From positions 8,860-47,390 of the forward strand of contig CAYZJZ010000001.1 of NCBI GenBank assembly GCA_964478905.1: a stretch of DNA of 38,531 nucleotides. The letters run 5' to 3'. The position numbers and the translations under genes are program-made. The stretch is from an uncultured Eubacteriales bacterium (GTDB taxonomy: Bacteria; Bacillota; Clostridia; TANB77; RGIG9151). The notes under the pieces were generated by a model. The model ran no database searches and was not told where the DNA came from. It saw nothing but the letters and a program-made list of their open reading frames with translations. Below, one piece after another: positions 1 through 9,189 of this stretch (its first letter is position 1; every line of letters starts with the position of its first letter).

Positions 1-714
1 ATCAGTTATAATTGTCGTACAATAATCATTATCATTTGTAAACTCATACTTTCTTAAAACAATTGCATCATCACTAATATTAGCTTTAGCCTCAATATTT
101 TCATAAATAATGTCATTATTATAGTACTTTAACTTATTTATCTTATTCTTTACAGAATTCATAAAGCAACTAATTTCAGCTCTCGTAGACATTCTATCAA
201 ATCCGGCAGTTCCGTCAGGATACCCAGCTAAAATACCTGAATCCTTTAGTATTGTCGCAACACGTTGCTCTTCTAAATTTTTAGCATCTATGTCTGTAAA
301 TTTTACATCTGATGTATTAAGCTTCGCATTTTTAGTATTTTCAAAACTATTTACAAGCATCTTGCAAATTTCCCATCTCGTTATATAATCATCCGGATTA
401 AAAACAGAATAATCCTCTAAATTAATAATTTCATTACTTATTGCGCTACTAATATACCCTTCCGCCCAATGACTTGAAAGTGTGGATACATCAGGCTTAT
501 AGCCAATTACTTTTGTAAGTAAAGCTAAAAATTCTGCTATTGTCATCTTGCTTTCCGGCTCAAAATTCCCATTAGGATACCCCGATAAAATTCCGCTTTG
601 AGTTAATTCTGAGATTGAATTGTATGCCCAATGATTAAAATCAATGTCATTGTACGCATATGAACAGCTAATCATATTAAAAACAATACATACCATAAAA
701 ATCAGTTTTTTCAT
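1..714 (-). CDS. SLH-domain (S-layer homology) cell-envelope protein; only the N-terminal 238 codons are present (runs off the left edge)
   Basis: Not in the ORF track because it is edge-truncated. My reverse-strand translation from ATG 714-712 gives MKKLIFMVCIVFNMISCSYA, a signal peptide. Three SLH-like repeats follow (FNHWAYNSISELTQSGILSGYPNGNFEP..., SSHWAEGYISSAI..., FTDIDAKNLEEQRVATILKDSGILAGYPDGTAGFD...). A GGAGGA RBS lies at 719-724 on the reverse strand, 11 nt after the cpaB stop. Confidence 0.8.
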   Translation of the reverse strand, partial: MKKLIFMVCIVFNMISCSYAYNDIDFNHWAYNSISELTQSGILSGYPNGNFEPESKMTIAEFLALLTKVIGYKPDVSTLSSHWAEGYISSAISNEIINLEDYSVFNPDDYITRWEICKMLVNSFENTKNAKLNTSDVKFTDIDAKNLEEQRVATILKDSGILAGYPDGTAGFDRMSTRAEISCFMNSVKNKINKLKYYNNDIIYENIEAKANISDDAIVLRKYEFTNDNDYCTTIITD

Positions 715-725
715 TTAATCCTCCA

Positions 726-1400
726 TTATTTTGTTAAATCAAATGTGCCTTGATTTCTCAAATTATTTATCATTTTTGCCTTTTCACTTTCTACTGCAAT
801 AACAATTGTATTAATTCCAGTAAATTTCTCATTTTCTATGCTTCTTCCGTTCTCATCATATATACCTAAAATCTCAGTATCATTTAATAAACACGTTGTA
901 TACATAGAATTATCGCCTTTTAACACATTTTCTAAATTGAACTGTGATATACTTTCCTTAATCGCACCGTATCTACCGCTGAAATACAGATGTATTCTAT
1001 CTTTCGGCTTTATTTGATAAGCAATGGCATTTTGAGATGATTTAAGTTCAATTGCTATTTTTTCTGTCCCTTCCGGCGAATTTATTACTTTAAGTTCTTC
1101 CTTAGTTCCTATATCTTGCTTAAACAATATTTGTCCTTTATTTATAGTTTCTCTTGAATACTTACCGTTTATATCTTCAAGATTACCTAATGTGCTATTA
1201 TTTAATGTTAAATATAACGGTACATCAGTTACTTCAAACCATTCAGACTTAAGCTCTGTATCCGGCTTTACATCAACGTTTGCAATTAATACTTTAGTTG
1301 TCGGTTCACTATTTATAATACTATTTTGAATAAACGTCAAAACTATAAACAAAATAACAGCAACTAATACAGAAATCACAGTTATATCTAGTTTTTTCAT
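726..1400 (-). CDS. cpaB: Flp pilus assembly protein CpaB/RcpC-like (SAF domain)
   Basis: 224 aa with an N-terminal TM helix, then a SAF-like segment (KVLIANVDVKPDTEL...INKGQILFKQDIG). It sits immediately after the pilin gene in a tad-type operon. Confidence 0.7.
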   Translation of the reverse strand: MKKLDITVISVLVAVILFIVLTFIQNSIINSEPTTKVLIANVDVKPDTELKSEWFEVTDVPLYLTLNNSTLGNLEDINGKYSRETINKGQILFKQDIGTKEELKVINSPEGTEKIAIELKSSQNAIAYQIKPKDRIHLYFSGRYGAIKESISQFNLENVLKGDNSMYTTCLLNDTEILGIYDENGRSIENEKFTGINTIVIAVESEKAKMINNLRNQGTFDLTK

Positions 1401-1402
1401 AA

Positions 1403-1624
1403 TTACCCCTCTGTTCCGGCAGGCACACTAACATCAAATATTTGTTGTGCTGAGCTCTTTAACCAGCCATTCATACTGTCTGTTACACCATTAAATACTT
1501 TTCTAAGGCCCGGGAAAAATACCGTAAGGACTAAAGAAATCGCAACGCCTATAAGTAATAGAGACTGAGTTATCTCCGAACCACCTTTATTTTCTTTTAG
1601 TAATTTTTTTATATTCTTTTTCAT
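1403..1624 (-). CDS. flp: Putative Flp-type prepilin
   Basis: 73 aa. A basic leader (MKKNIKKLLKENKGG) is followed by SEITQ and a hydrophobic helix (LLLIGVAISLVLTVFF), the layout of Flp/class III prepilins. It lies between tadC and cpaB. The canonical G/xxxxEY motif is not exact. Confidence 0.55.
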   Translation of the reverse strand: MKKNIKKLLKENKGGSEITQSLLLIGVAISLVLTVFFPGLRKVFNGVTDSMNGWLKSSAQQIFDVSVPAGTEG

Positions 1625-1674
1625 CTTTCATTCCTCCTAAAATTTATTCACATATGCCGGTCCCATAATGTTTT

Positions 1675-2424
1675 CTACTTTAACATAACTTTTAACGCCT
1701 CATTTGCCTCCATAACAAGAGGATAAACACTCATAGTTGCTAAATTAAATACCACTATACATACTCCTAATATCATAATTGCTGATTTTGACTTAGTTAC
1801 ATCTTCCATATATCCTATATATTTTTCTTTTAACACCTCTATCAAATTATCAAACGCTTCAAGTGCTGATGTACTCTGTGTTTGCTGATTTATTGCAGAT
1901 ATAAACATTCTTATTTCAGAATAATTAAATTTCTGTTGAAGCTCTTTGGCTGAACTGCTGACTGTAAACTTAGACAACTGATATTCTAAATACAAATTAG
2001 CAAGCTCTTGGGCGAATTCTTTATTTTTGCATAATTCCGAAATATTTCTTAAAGCAATATCTAATGATATACCGGCAGAAATCTGTACTCTCAAACACTC
2101 AGATACATTTAACAAATCTTGTAATACCTGCTTCTTTTGGGAGCTATTTTGTATCTGTTCATACCCATAAAGCAATACAAAAAATATACAACCACAAACA
2201 ATACTTTTTATTGTACCATTTCCGTACAATACAGATATTAAGGCTAATCCCAAAGCTAATATACTTTTCAGTATATATTTATTTTTGATATTAATTTTTT
2301 TATTTGCCCTAAATTCTTCTTGATAAATCTTTTTCTTTATACCGTTTGCGGAAATCTTTGCTATAATCCGCATACATACAATTATTAACGTACATATAAA
2401 GCTAATTTTTAATAAAAAAATCAT
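1675..2424 (-). CDS. tadC: TadC-like type II secretion system F-family membrane protein
   Basis: 249-aa polytopic membrane protein with a GspF/T2SS-F-like cytoplasmic segment. It is paired with tadB downstream of cpaF. Confidence 0.7.
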   Translation of the reverse strand: MIFLLKISFICTLIIVCMRIIAKISANGIKKKIYQEEFRANKKINIKNKYILKSILALGLALISVLYGNGTIKSIVCGCIFFVLLYGYEQIQNSSQKKQVLQDLLNVSECLRVQISAGISLDIALRNISELCKNKEFAQELANLYLEYQLSKFTVSSSAKELQQKFNYSEIRMFISAINQQTQSTSALEAFDNLIEVLKEKYIGYMEDVTKSKSAIMILGVCIVVFNLATMSVYPLVMEANEALKVMLK

Positions 2425-2434
2425 ATTTTTTCTC

Positions 2435-3325
2435 CTAATAGTCTAATTTCTTTATTGTTTTCGATAACCATATCATTATCCATACACAAATAAAATTAAT
2501 ATTTACTATTGTTTGTCCTATAAATGTTTTACTCATTAAATCCAAATAATATTGGTTTGATGCAATAAATGAAAAATACATATAAAAATCTATTATTATC
2601 AATACATAAAGCACTGTACATGCCGATTTAGTTTCTTTATTTCTTTTCTTTTTTTGTTTTATCGCTTCTGCAATTACCTCCTGAGTTTTTTCTGTAAGTA
2701 ACGTAATATTTCCGCCATATATATGGCAATATCGTACGTTATTTATATAAAGTGAAAACTTCTCTATTCCTATTTTATGAGCAAAACTTTCTAAAGCATC
2801 TTCCGGTAATTTACCGGCATTAATTTCATTTAACATTTGTTTTGTATATGTAGAAAACGGTTCTAGCACATTGTTTTGAATTCGTCTTAGTGCTTCTATT
2901 ATTTCGGGATTAACTTTTAAAGCAGATTTTAGCTGAATAAAGAAATCGCTTAATCCGTCTTCCATTCTTTCCTGCTTGTATTCTGCAAATAGTTCTAATA
3001 CTATTATTCCGCTAAATAAAAAAGGAATAGAAATAATATACCTTACGGAATTTAGCGTAAATACTTTCATTGTTATGAATAACACTATTAAAAATGATAC
3101 TATTCCAATTCCTAATACAATACTCAGTGTTGCTATATTAAACGGAATAGATAACTTCTTAAAATACTTTTCTATTTTACTTATATTTTTCGGTGCAAAT
3201 TTTTTCGTATTATTAAGTAAAAAGCCGTATAACACCGATGTATCCTTACTTTCAAGTTTGCTTACGATCCAAAATATTGTAAAAAATATAATTAAAAATT
3301 TAAGCAATATTATCAAAAAATTCAT
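2435..3325 (-). CDS. tadB: TadB-like type II secretion system F-family membrane protein
   Basis: 296-aa polytopic membrane protein with a T2SS-F-like segment (LSDFFIQLKSALKVNPEIIEALRRI...INAGKLPEDALESFAHKIG). It starts 1 nt after the cpaF stop. Confidence 0.7.
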   Translation of the reverse strand: MNFLIILLKFLIIFFTIFWIVSKLESKDTSVLYGFLLNNTKKFAPKNISKIEKYFKKLSIPFNIATLSIVLGIGIVSFLIVLFITMKVFTLNSVRYIISIPFLFSGIIVLELFAEYKQERMEDGLSDFFIQLKSALKVNPEIIEALRRIQNNVLEPFSTYTKQMLNEINAGKLPEDALESFAHKIGIEKFSLYINNVRYCHIYGGNITLLTEKTQEVIAEAIKQKKKRNKETKSACTVLYVLIIIDFYMYFSFIASNQYYLDLMSKTFIGQTIVNINFICVWIMIWLSKTIKKLDY

Positions 3326-3326
3326 A

Positions 3327-4604
3327 TTAATTCTCCGCCATCATCTTTATTTTTACATTAGCCTTCCCAGTTACTTCTCCTATTTTTTCAAAAGTTCCGT
3401 TTATTTCTCCGTTTTCCAATTCTTTATGCCTATATTCAAACAATTTTCTATAACTTATACCGTCTTCGTATGAAAATTCTATTTGGCATATTTCATAAAC
3501 CTTAAAATTCTTCATATATACGATTAAATCTATTGATTGAGCCAATATATCTTTTAGATACTTATCAGTATATTGTTGAGCAAGACTATCTCTTTTCATT
3601 AATGTTACGAGTCTATCCAATACTAATTCAGCACTTTCCGAGTGAACTGTTGCGTACCCTATATGCCCCGTACTTATTCCATCAAAGAAAGACATTGCTT
3701 CAGCACCTTTTAACTCTCCTATTACTATTGCATCATTACTCATAACTAGAGAATGTTTTGTTAAATCCTCCAAAAGTATATTTCCGGTTAGTCTATTCTT
3801 TACAATCTCTCTTTGTATAATGTTACCGTGACTACTATATAATTCAGCAGTTTCCTCATTCGAAGTAATAGATACTGTATCCGGTATTTCATCTATAAAA
3901 GCTCTAAGTAATGTCGTTTTCCCAGATCCACCTTTTCCGGCTATAATAATATTACATCCGGCAATTACAGCCTTCCTCAAAAATTCCTTCATATCAATAT
4001 TCATCATACATTTTTCTAAACATAACTCAGTTAGTCCTAGCCTTTTTTCAGGCCTATGTATTCTTATTACTAGGCTCGGAGAAACAATATTTACCGGAGA
4101 AATCCCTGCTTCAATTCTTAAATGATTATTTTTATCCGACACCACAGCAATTGGTTGTTCATGAGTTATTTTCCCATTATTTTTAAGTACACAATATCTG
4201 ACAAAGTTATAAAATTCTACTTCATTTGAAAAGCTATCTTCTACTTTTACCCACTTTCCGTCTCGCATTACATATATACTGTTCCATTTTATTGCTCTTA
4301 TATCACTAACTGAAGCATCTTCTATATACTTTTGGAGTATGTGATAACCAAATATTCTATCTAAAATATTTTTTATTAATTCCTCTGTATCATAGTTTCC
4401 ATAGTTATAATCTTTAACTAATTTTTCTCTTATAATTTTTTCAGCGGAAATTCTATTTTTTGTATCAAACGCAGATGTACCCAGTATTTCAGAATAATTT
4501 TCTATTAAAAATTCTATTATTTCATTTACGATTTTATCCGCTCTTGTAACCATTTTCTCTACCTTCACATTTTTATTAACTGATTTGTACGGATCTATTA
4601 ACAT
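3327..4604 (-). CDS. cpaF: CpaF/TadA-family pilus assembly ATPase (VirB11-like secretion ATPase)
   Basis: 425 aa with Walker A IIAGKGGSGKTTLL and the typical CpaF core (SLVIRIHRP, VIGELKG, GHIGYATVHS). RBS is GGGAGG, 7 nt upstream. It overlaps the tadZ 3' end by 29 nt. Confidence 0.9.
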   Translation of the reverse strand: MLIDPYKSVNKNVKVEKMVTRADKIVNEIIEFLIENYSEILGTSAFDTKNRISAEKIIREKLVKDYNYGNYDTEELIKNILDRIFGYHILQKYIEDASVSDIRAIKWNSIYVMRDGKWVKVEDSFSNEVEFYNFVRYCVLKNNGKITHEQPIAVVSDKNNHLRIEAGISPVNIVSPSLVIRIHRPEKRLGLTELCLEKCMMNIDMKEFLRKAVIAGCNIIIAGKGGSGKTTLLRAFIDEIPDTVSITSNEETAELYSSHGNIIQREIVKNRLTGNILLEDLTKHSLVMSNDAIVIGELKGAEAMSFFDGISTGHIGYATVHSESAELVLDRLVTLMKRDSLAQQYTDKYLKDILAQSIDLIVYMKNFKVYEICQIEFSYEDGISYRKLFEYRHKELENGEINGTFEKIGEVTGKANVKIKMMAEN

Positions 4605-5895
4605 TCTCCTGCCTCCCTTCTGCTAAAAAACGGCTTAAATACTTATTTTTCAGTTTATTTATTGGATTTTTCTTAGCTATAATATTTAATTCTTCCAGCA
4701 TTTCTATATACTCAGATTCATCGTCTAAAGTATATGGTCGTCCACTATTTAAACACTCATCATATTTCCCCAAAAGGCTTATGTATCCCGCAATTGGTAT
4801 TCCTTTCATCATCTCATTTATTACCAATTTTGAAGGTGAATTTTTATGATATTTGTTTATTATCAATTTAATCTTGCTATTATTAACACCCCATACTGGG
4901 AAAATTTCTTTTATTGTTCTAAAAGTTCTCTCAAAAGATGTGTTTGTCGCCTCTAAAACATAAAAAATAGTATTTGCATTTAACAATGAAAATTGTGTAG
5001 CATCAACAAATATGTTAGAAGATGTATCTATAATTATAAAATCATATAATTCCTTTGCTTTTTCCAAAATTCGAGAATAGTATTCTATATTTAGTACTTT
5101 TTCACAAACAAATAAAGATTTATTCCCGGTTAATATATCTAGATTTGAAAAGTATTTTGTTTTTACAACATATTTTTCAAACACATTAGAATCAAAAGTT
5201 CTTTTATCAATAGCGTCTATCATATAATTAATTCCTGAATTTTTATCAGGTGGCAATATATAATCCGGCTTCTCCGGAGATCTTTTTGTTCCAAAAAATT
5301 GGTTTAATCCGGCATTTATCGTATCAAAATCTATTAATAATACTTTTGCTCTTGAATTTTTTGCTATTAACGTTCCAAATTGAGTCGCAAGTGTTGTTTT
5401 TCCACTCGAACTCATTCCGGTAAAAGTTATTACTTGTTGCTTTTGGAAGCGAGGCGTTAAATTAGGCCTATTTTGGTTTTTATTTTCTTTGTTGATTAAT
5501 TTATAGTCGTTAACATTTTTTTGCCTTAAATCGGATTTATGAGGTTTAATTGATGTTTCGTTATTTATTGCATTTATCAATTCCTCTTTTGATGTTTTTT
5601 CATTTACAAAAATATTAAAAATTCCTTTTTTGAACAAATAATTTTTGTAATTATCATCTTCTTCATCAATAATTACAAAAATTTCAATTTTAGAATCTAT
5701 TTCACGTATTTTTTCAATAAACATATATTTATCCATATCGCCTTCTAAATTAGCGTATACAACCAATATATCTATAAAATCCCTCTTTATCGCTTCTATT
5801 ACACCCTCTTGGTAAGGAATATCAGATAGTACATCATATTCCTTTAATAACTCTTTAATCATATCACTACCAACAGCTGACAAAACTTTTTTCAT
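4576..5895 (-). CDS. tadZ: TadZ/CpaE-like pilus localisation ATPase (pseudo-receiver N-domain plus MinD/ParA-type ATPase)
   Basis: 439 aa. The N-terminal CheY-like fold has Tyr where the phospho-acceptor Asp is expected (DILVVYANL). The C-terminal half has a deviant Walker A (TFTGMSSSGKTT) and MinD-like layout. It is the first gene of the operon. Confidence 0.75.
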   Translation of the reverse strand: MKKVLSAVGSDMIKELLKEYDVLSDIPYQEGVIEAIKRDFIDILVVYANLEGDMDKYMFIEKIREIDSKIEIFVIIDEEDDNYKNYLFKKGIFNIFVNEKTSKEELINAINNETSIKPHKSDLRQKNVNDYKLINKENKNQNRPNLTPRFQKQQVITFTGMSSSGKTTLATQFGTLIAKNSRAKVLLIDFDTINAGLNQFFGTKRSPEKPDYILPPDKNSGINYMIDAIDKRTFDSNVFEKYVVKTKYFSNLDILTGNKSLFVCEKVLNIEYYSRILEKAKELYDFIIIDTSSNIFVDATQFSLLNANTIFYVLEATNTSFERTFRTIKEIFPVWGVNNSKIKLIINKYHKNSPSKLVINEMMKGIPIAGYISLLGKYDECLNSGRPYTLDDESEYIEMLEELNIIAKKNPINKLKNKYLSRFLAEGRQENVNRSVQIS

Positions 5896-5934
5896 ATCCT
5901 ACCTCCAATGTAATTATTTTCTAATTACGTTATC

Positions 5935-5963
5935 AATTTACAGCATATGTAATATTCTGTCAA
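5935..5963 (-). promoter_or_regulatory. Candidate sigma-A promoter for the tad operon
   Basis: The reverse strand reads TTGACA (5963-5958), a 17-nt spacer, then TAAATT (5940-5935), about 40 nt upstream of the tadZ ATG. Confidence 0.35.
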
Positions 5964-6006
5964 TAGTTTTTTCAAAATTTTCCAAAGAAAAATATTTTTT
6001 TCTACC

Positions 6007-6035
6007 TTGACAAGTGAATTATTTCGTGTTATATT
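6007..6035 (+). promoter_or_regulatory. Sigma-A promoter for the tRNA-Ser pair
   Basis: TTGACA (6007-6012), a 17-nt spacer, then TATATT (6030-6035), about 18 nt before the first tRNA. Confidence 0.6.
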
Positions 6036-6053
6036 AAAAAAGGTCAGTTACTT

Positions 6054-6140
6054 GGAGAGGTGTCCGAGCGGTTTAAGGAGCTAGTCTTGAAAACTAGTGA
6101 CTCGTAAGAGCCGTGAGTTCGAATCTCACCCTCTCCGCCA
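6054..6140 (+). tRNA. tRNA-Ser (anticodon UGA), CCA encoded
   Basis: Acceptor stem GGAGAGG/CCTCTCC. Anticodon arm ctagt-CTTGAAA-actag. Long variable arm. T-arm GAGTTCGAATCTC. Ends in GCCA. Confidence 0.95.
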
Positions 6141-6196
6141 AAAAACAATGAACAGTAAATGTTCATTGTTTAAATATTTTTTAAATCAAGACCTTT

Positions 6197-6288
6197 GGAG
6201 AAATACCCAAGTAGGTTGAAGGGGACAGTTTGCTAAACTGTTAGTGTTCGCAAGGGCAGCGAGGGTTCGAATCCCTCTTTCTCCGCCA
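6197..6288 (+). tRNA. tRNA-Ser (anticodon GCU), CCA encoded
   Basis: Acceptor stem GGAGAAA/TTTCTCC. Anticodon arm acagt-TTGCTAA-actgt. Long variable arm. T-arm GGGTTCGAATCCC. Ends in GCCA. Confidence 0.95.
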
Positions 6289-6322
6289 AAAGCCAAATCT
6301 CATTAGAGACTTGGCTTTTTTT
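6289..6322 (+). terminator. Intrinsic terminator after the tRNA pair
   Basis: Stem agccaa(a)tctc / gaga(c)ttggct with a 4-nt loop, followed by a run of seven T. Confidence 0.8.
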
Positions 6323-6497
6323 GTTTCTTTATCTGTACGAATATTTAAATTTGTTGACTCCATAAAATTTTCCTCCTATCAAACTTATTTTTCGTCTAAT
6401 GTATTGATGTTGCGTGCAACTAAAAAATATATTCTTTTCCTTTTACTATTCATTATTTATAAAAATTATGATACACTTTATTTTGGAGGGATAAAAA

Positions 6498-7070
6498 ATG
6501 GCAAAATTATATTTCAGATATGGTGCAATGGGCTCAAGTAAAACAGCAAACGCTTTAATGGTAAAATATAATTACGAAGAACGTGGTCAAAATGTATTAC
6601 TTGCAAAGCCAGCTATTGACACAAGAGACGGAGAAAAAATTATAAAATCACGTTGCGGTCTTTCATCGCCCTGTGTAATTTTTGATGAAATAACAGAAGA
6701 TATGTTAGAAGGTTATTCTTGTTTAATAGTAGATGAAGCACAATTCTTAACAAAAGAACAAGTTAATTTTATTATACATATAGTAGATGACTTAAATATT
6801 CCTGTTGTATGTTACGGACTAAGAGCTGATTTTAAAGGCAATTTGTTTGAAGGAAGTTCAGCTCTTCTTGCTGCTGCAGATACAATTGAGGAAGTAAAAA
6901 CAATTTGCTGGTGTGGAAAAAAAGCTACATATAACGCTAGATTCAATAAAAATGGCGAAGTTGTAAAAACAGGTGCTCAGGTAGTTTTAGGAGCGAATGA
7001 TAAATATATAGGATTATGTCGAAAACATTGGGCAGATGGAAATTTAGGTCCAAAGAAAAAAGAGGATTAA
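6498..7070 (+). CDS. tdk: Thymidine kinase
   Basis: 190 aa with P-loop YGAMGSSKT, DEAQF and a C-terminal zinc-ribbon pattern (CWCGKKA...CRKH). RBS is GGAGGG. Confidence 0.95.
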   Translation: MAKLYFRYGAMGSSKTANALMVKYNYEERGQNVLLAKPAIDTRDGEKIIKSRCGLSSPCVIFDEITEDMLEGYSCLIVDEAQFLTKEQVNFIIHIVDDLNIPVVCYGLRADFKGNLFEGSSALLAAADTIEEVKTICWCGKKATYNARFNKNGEVVKTGAQVVLGANDKYIGLCRKHWADGNLGPKKKED

Positions 7071-7089
7071 TTCAAAAAATCCTCTTTTT
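7057..7089. terminator. Bidirectional hairpin terminator between convergent tdk and the HD-protein gene
   Basis: Perfect 12-bp stem aaaaagaggatt / aatcctcttttt with a 9-nt loop. It has an A-tract on one side and a T-tract on the other, and it overlaps the tdk stop codon. Confidence 0.7.
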
Positions 7090-7103
7090 CTTTGATTATA
7101 ATT

Positions 7104-8627
7104 TTATCTCTCCGGTTCGCTCATTTTTCTATCACTCTTATTTTTAGCCATTTGAATGTACATAGGTTCTTGATAAGTACGATTTAAATCAATCTTAAAA
7201 GCACCTTCTATACTATCTTTTGTACTAAAATCATATGTACTAAACGGTAATTTTTCACCCTTATGTTTTTTCAGATATGCAGTATCACGTGGATCTCTGT
7301 ATTTGCAGTTTTTAAAAGCCTCGCGCGCGTCTTCCCTTACCAATAATTTCTCACAAAAATCTTTAAATTGTCTATCAGTCATTTGAGCAATTCCATATGC
7401 AACTTGATCTTTCCATTCTATCTTTTCACCATTTTTATCTTTTTTCCAATTCTTAAAAGGCCAGCTATGCTCAAAATCTTTTTGATTTGTATATACATAT
7501 CTTGCACAAGTTTCAACTAATCCGTCTAACTCACAGCCCATTTTCCCAAGCACTCTTCTATTCTCACAACTTATAAGCAATCCTCTAAGCCCTGCCAAAA
7601 TACATTCTGCATCATGGGTAATAAATAATTGTCCTTCCGGGAAAGTTTTACTATAATCATTCATTGGAGTAACATTTACTTTCACACCTTTACGCTTTAC
7701 TCCATCAACAATAAGATTTATCATTCTTTCCCTTTGTTCCTTTGGCTCTAATTTTATAAACTCTTTTATTATCTCAATTTGTCTATCTATTTGTTCAGCT
7801 CTTACCTCATCAAATATTTTATATACTCGTTCCGCATTACCTCTTTGAGGATTATCATTTATCTTTCTTAATTCTTCGGCTCTTTTCCCGCCTTGCCTTA
7901 TAATGCTTTCCAACATAATATCAAATTCTTTTTTATCCTGTCTATAATCACTGAAGGCTCTTGTTTCTATTGTTTGTCTTACTTCTTCGTTTTTATCAAA
8001 AACCTCTTTTAATGATTTATCAGATAAATCAAAAACGCCGGCCTTTAACATATCTTGAGTATCAGAAATAGAACTTGCTATTTTATCTGCTCTCATAATA
8101 CATTCTGCTTCAAAACTTTCACACTTTACCGCCCCTTTAGAATTACTGCCGGATGAATGAGATTCTATACCATTTAGCAAATAATCCGGAATTTCGATAC
8201 CTAATCTCGCACAAGTAATCTCTAAAATCTTTCCACCATGTTTTGAATGGTCAAAAAAATCTTTTATAGGTACATTTTCTTCTACGCTAAATTCATCTGG
8301 AGATGCTAAAAATCTTCCGATTCCTGTTTCACCATTATGAGCTAACACAGAATGCCCAAAATCATGCGCTATTCCTATTCTTTTAGTCTTTGCTTCATCT
8401 CCTCCAAGTAAACTTGCCAAATATCCGCCAATTTCTGCTACTTGCTCGGAATGTTTACCTCTCGTCATAAATCCTTTATTTTCATCAGTTGAAACATACA
8501 TCATTGACATTCCACGTTTTATTATAACTTGACGCTTTAATATTTCATCTAAAGCTTCTAATTGCTCCCTTTTTATCTTATGTTTCTCTCTTTGGACTAA
8601 TTTTTTCTTCTTATCGATAATAGCCAT
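7104..8627 (-). CDS. HD-domain protein, dGTPase/dNTP-triphosphohydrolase-like
   Basis: 507 aa. TRGKHSEQVAEIGGYLASLLG...IGIAHDFGHSVLAHNGE matches the dGTPase-family pattern (TR..HS..VA ... HD.GH....H.GE). The later IESHS and RADKIASSISDTQD segments fit the distal His/Asp. I could not assign the C-terminal ~250 aa. Confidence 0.7.
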   Translation of the reverse strand: MAIIDKKKKLVQREKHKIKREQLEALDEILKRQVIIKRGMSMMYVSTDENKGFMTRGKHSEQVAEIGGYLASLLGGDEAKTKRIGIAHDFGHSVLAHNGETGIGRFLASPDEFSVEENVPIKDFFDHSKHGGKILEITCARLGIEIPDYLLNGIESHSSGSNSKGAVKCESFEAECIMRADKIASSISDTQDMLKAGVFDLSDKSLKEVFDKNEEVRQTIETRAFSDYRQDKKEFDIMLESIIRQGGKRAEELRKINDNPQRGNAERVYKIFDEVRAEQIDRQIEIIKEFIKLEPKEQRERMINLIVDGVKRKGVKVNVTPMNDYSKTFPEGQLFITHDAECILAGLRGLLISCENRRVLGKMGCELDGLVETCARYVYTNQKDFEHSWPFKNWKKDKNGEKIEWKDQVAYGIAQMTDRQFKDFCEKLLVREDAREAFKNCKYRDPRDTAYLKKHKGEKLPFSTYDFSTKDSIEGAFKIDLNRTYQEPMYIQMAKNKSDRKMSEPER

Positions 8628-8644
8628 ATTTATTCCTCCTTTTA

Positions 8645-9166
8645 TTAATATCTTGCATTACTGCTACTTTTTGCTATATCTATTGCCTGTATTTCTTCAG
8701 CACTAAGATTATATTTTGTTTCGCCCTTTACTAAAGGCTTAGCAAAAATAGATGAACACTCTCTCGAATACAATCCATTTACAACAATACCATTATCTTC
8801 TGAGTCCATTAAAGCTAACGTAAAACTAAGGTCACTTCCGGTATCTCCATATGCATTATATCTAACAATTCCAACTTTTTGAACGCATTTTTTTAAATTG
8901 TTCTCTAGCCTTTTCAACTCTTCTTCTTGTTTTTTAGATTTATCTAACATTTCGTCCACAATCTTTAAGTATTCAGAAAGAATTTGTTCTACATTCTCTC
9001 CATTTCCAAGCTTACTCATAAAATCCAAATATCTCGTATTTAGGTTTTTATAAGCTTTTCCTACTATTAAGTTACAAATAAAAAATATTACCATAAGTAT
9101 TGTATTTATAATTAATATCGAAAATATAAATACCGGATTTTGGACAAGTCCTGCAAAGAAATTCAT
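8645..9166 (-). CDS. DUF4446-family membrane-anchored protein (commonly encoded next to parB in Firmicutes)
   Basis: 173 aa with an N-terminal TM, a coiled-coil segment, then VGIVRYNAYGDTGSDLSFTLALMDSEDNGIVVNGLYSRE...LSAEEIQAI, which matches my memory of the DUF4446 core. It lies directly downstream of parB. Confidence 0.7.
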   Translation of the reverse strand: MNFFAGLVQNPVFIFSILIINTILMVIFFICNLIVGKAYKNLNTRYLDFMSKLGNGENVEQILSEYLKIVDEMLDKSKKQEEELKRLENNLKKCVQKVGIVRYNAYGDTGSDLSFTLALMDSEDNGIVVNGLYSRECSSIFAKPLVKGETKYNLSAEEIQAIDIAKSSSNARY

Positions 9167-9189
9167 TGTTTCTTTCCTCCCAAACCAAA

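Noticed and set aside
6144-6170. Perfect 10-bp hairpin (aacaatgaac / gttcattgtt) between the two tRNA-Ser genes
   Set aside because: I did not call it a terminator because the T-run is separated from the stem and the second tRNA has no promoter of its own. It is more likely a processing or partial pause structure within one transcript.
6311-6541. 76-aa plus-strand ORF upstream of and overlapping the tdk start
   Set aside because: It starts inside the tRNA terminator, has no RBS, gives a low-complexity translation and overlaps the well-supported tdk start and its RBS.
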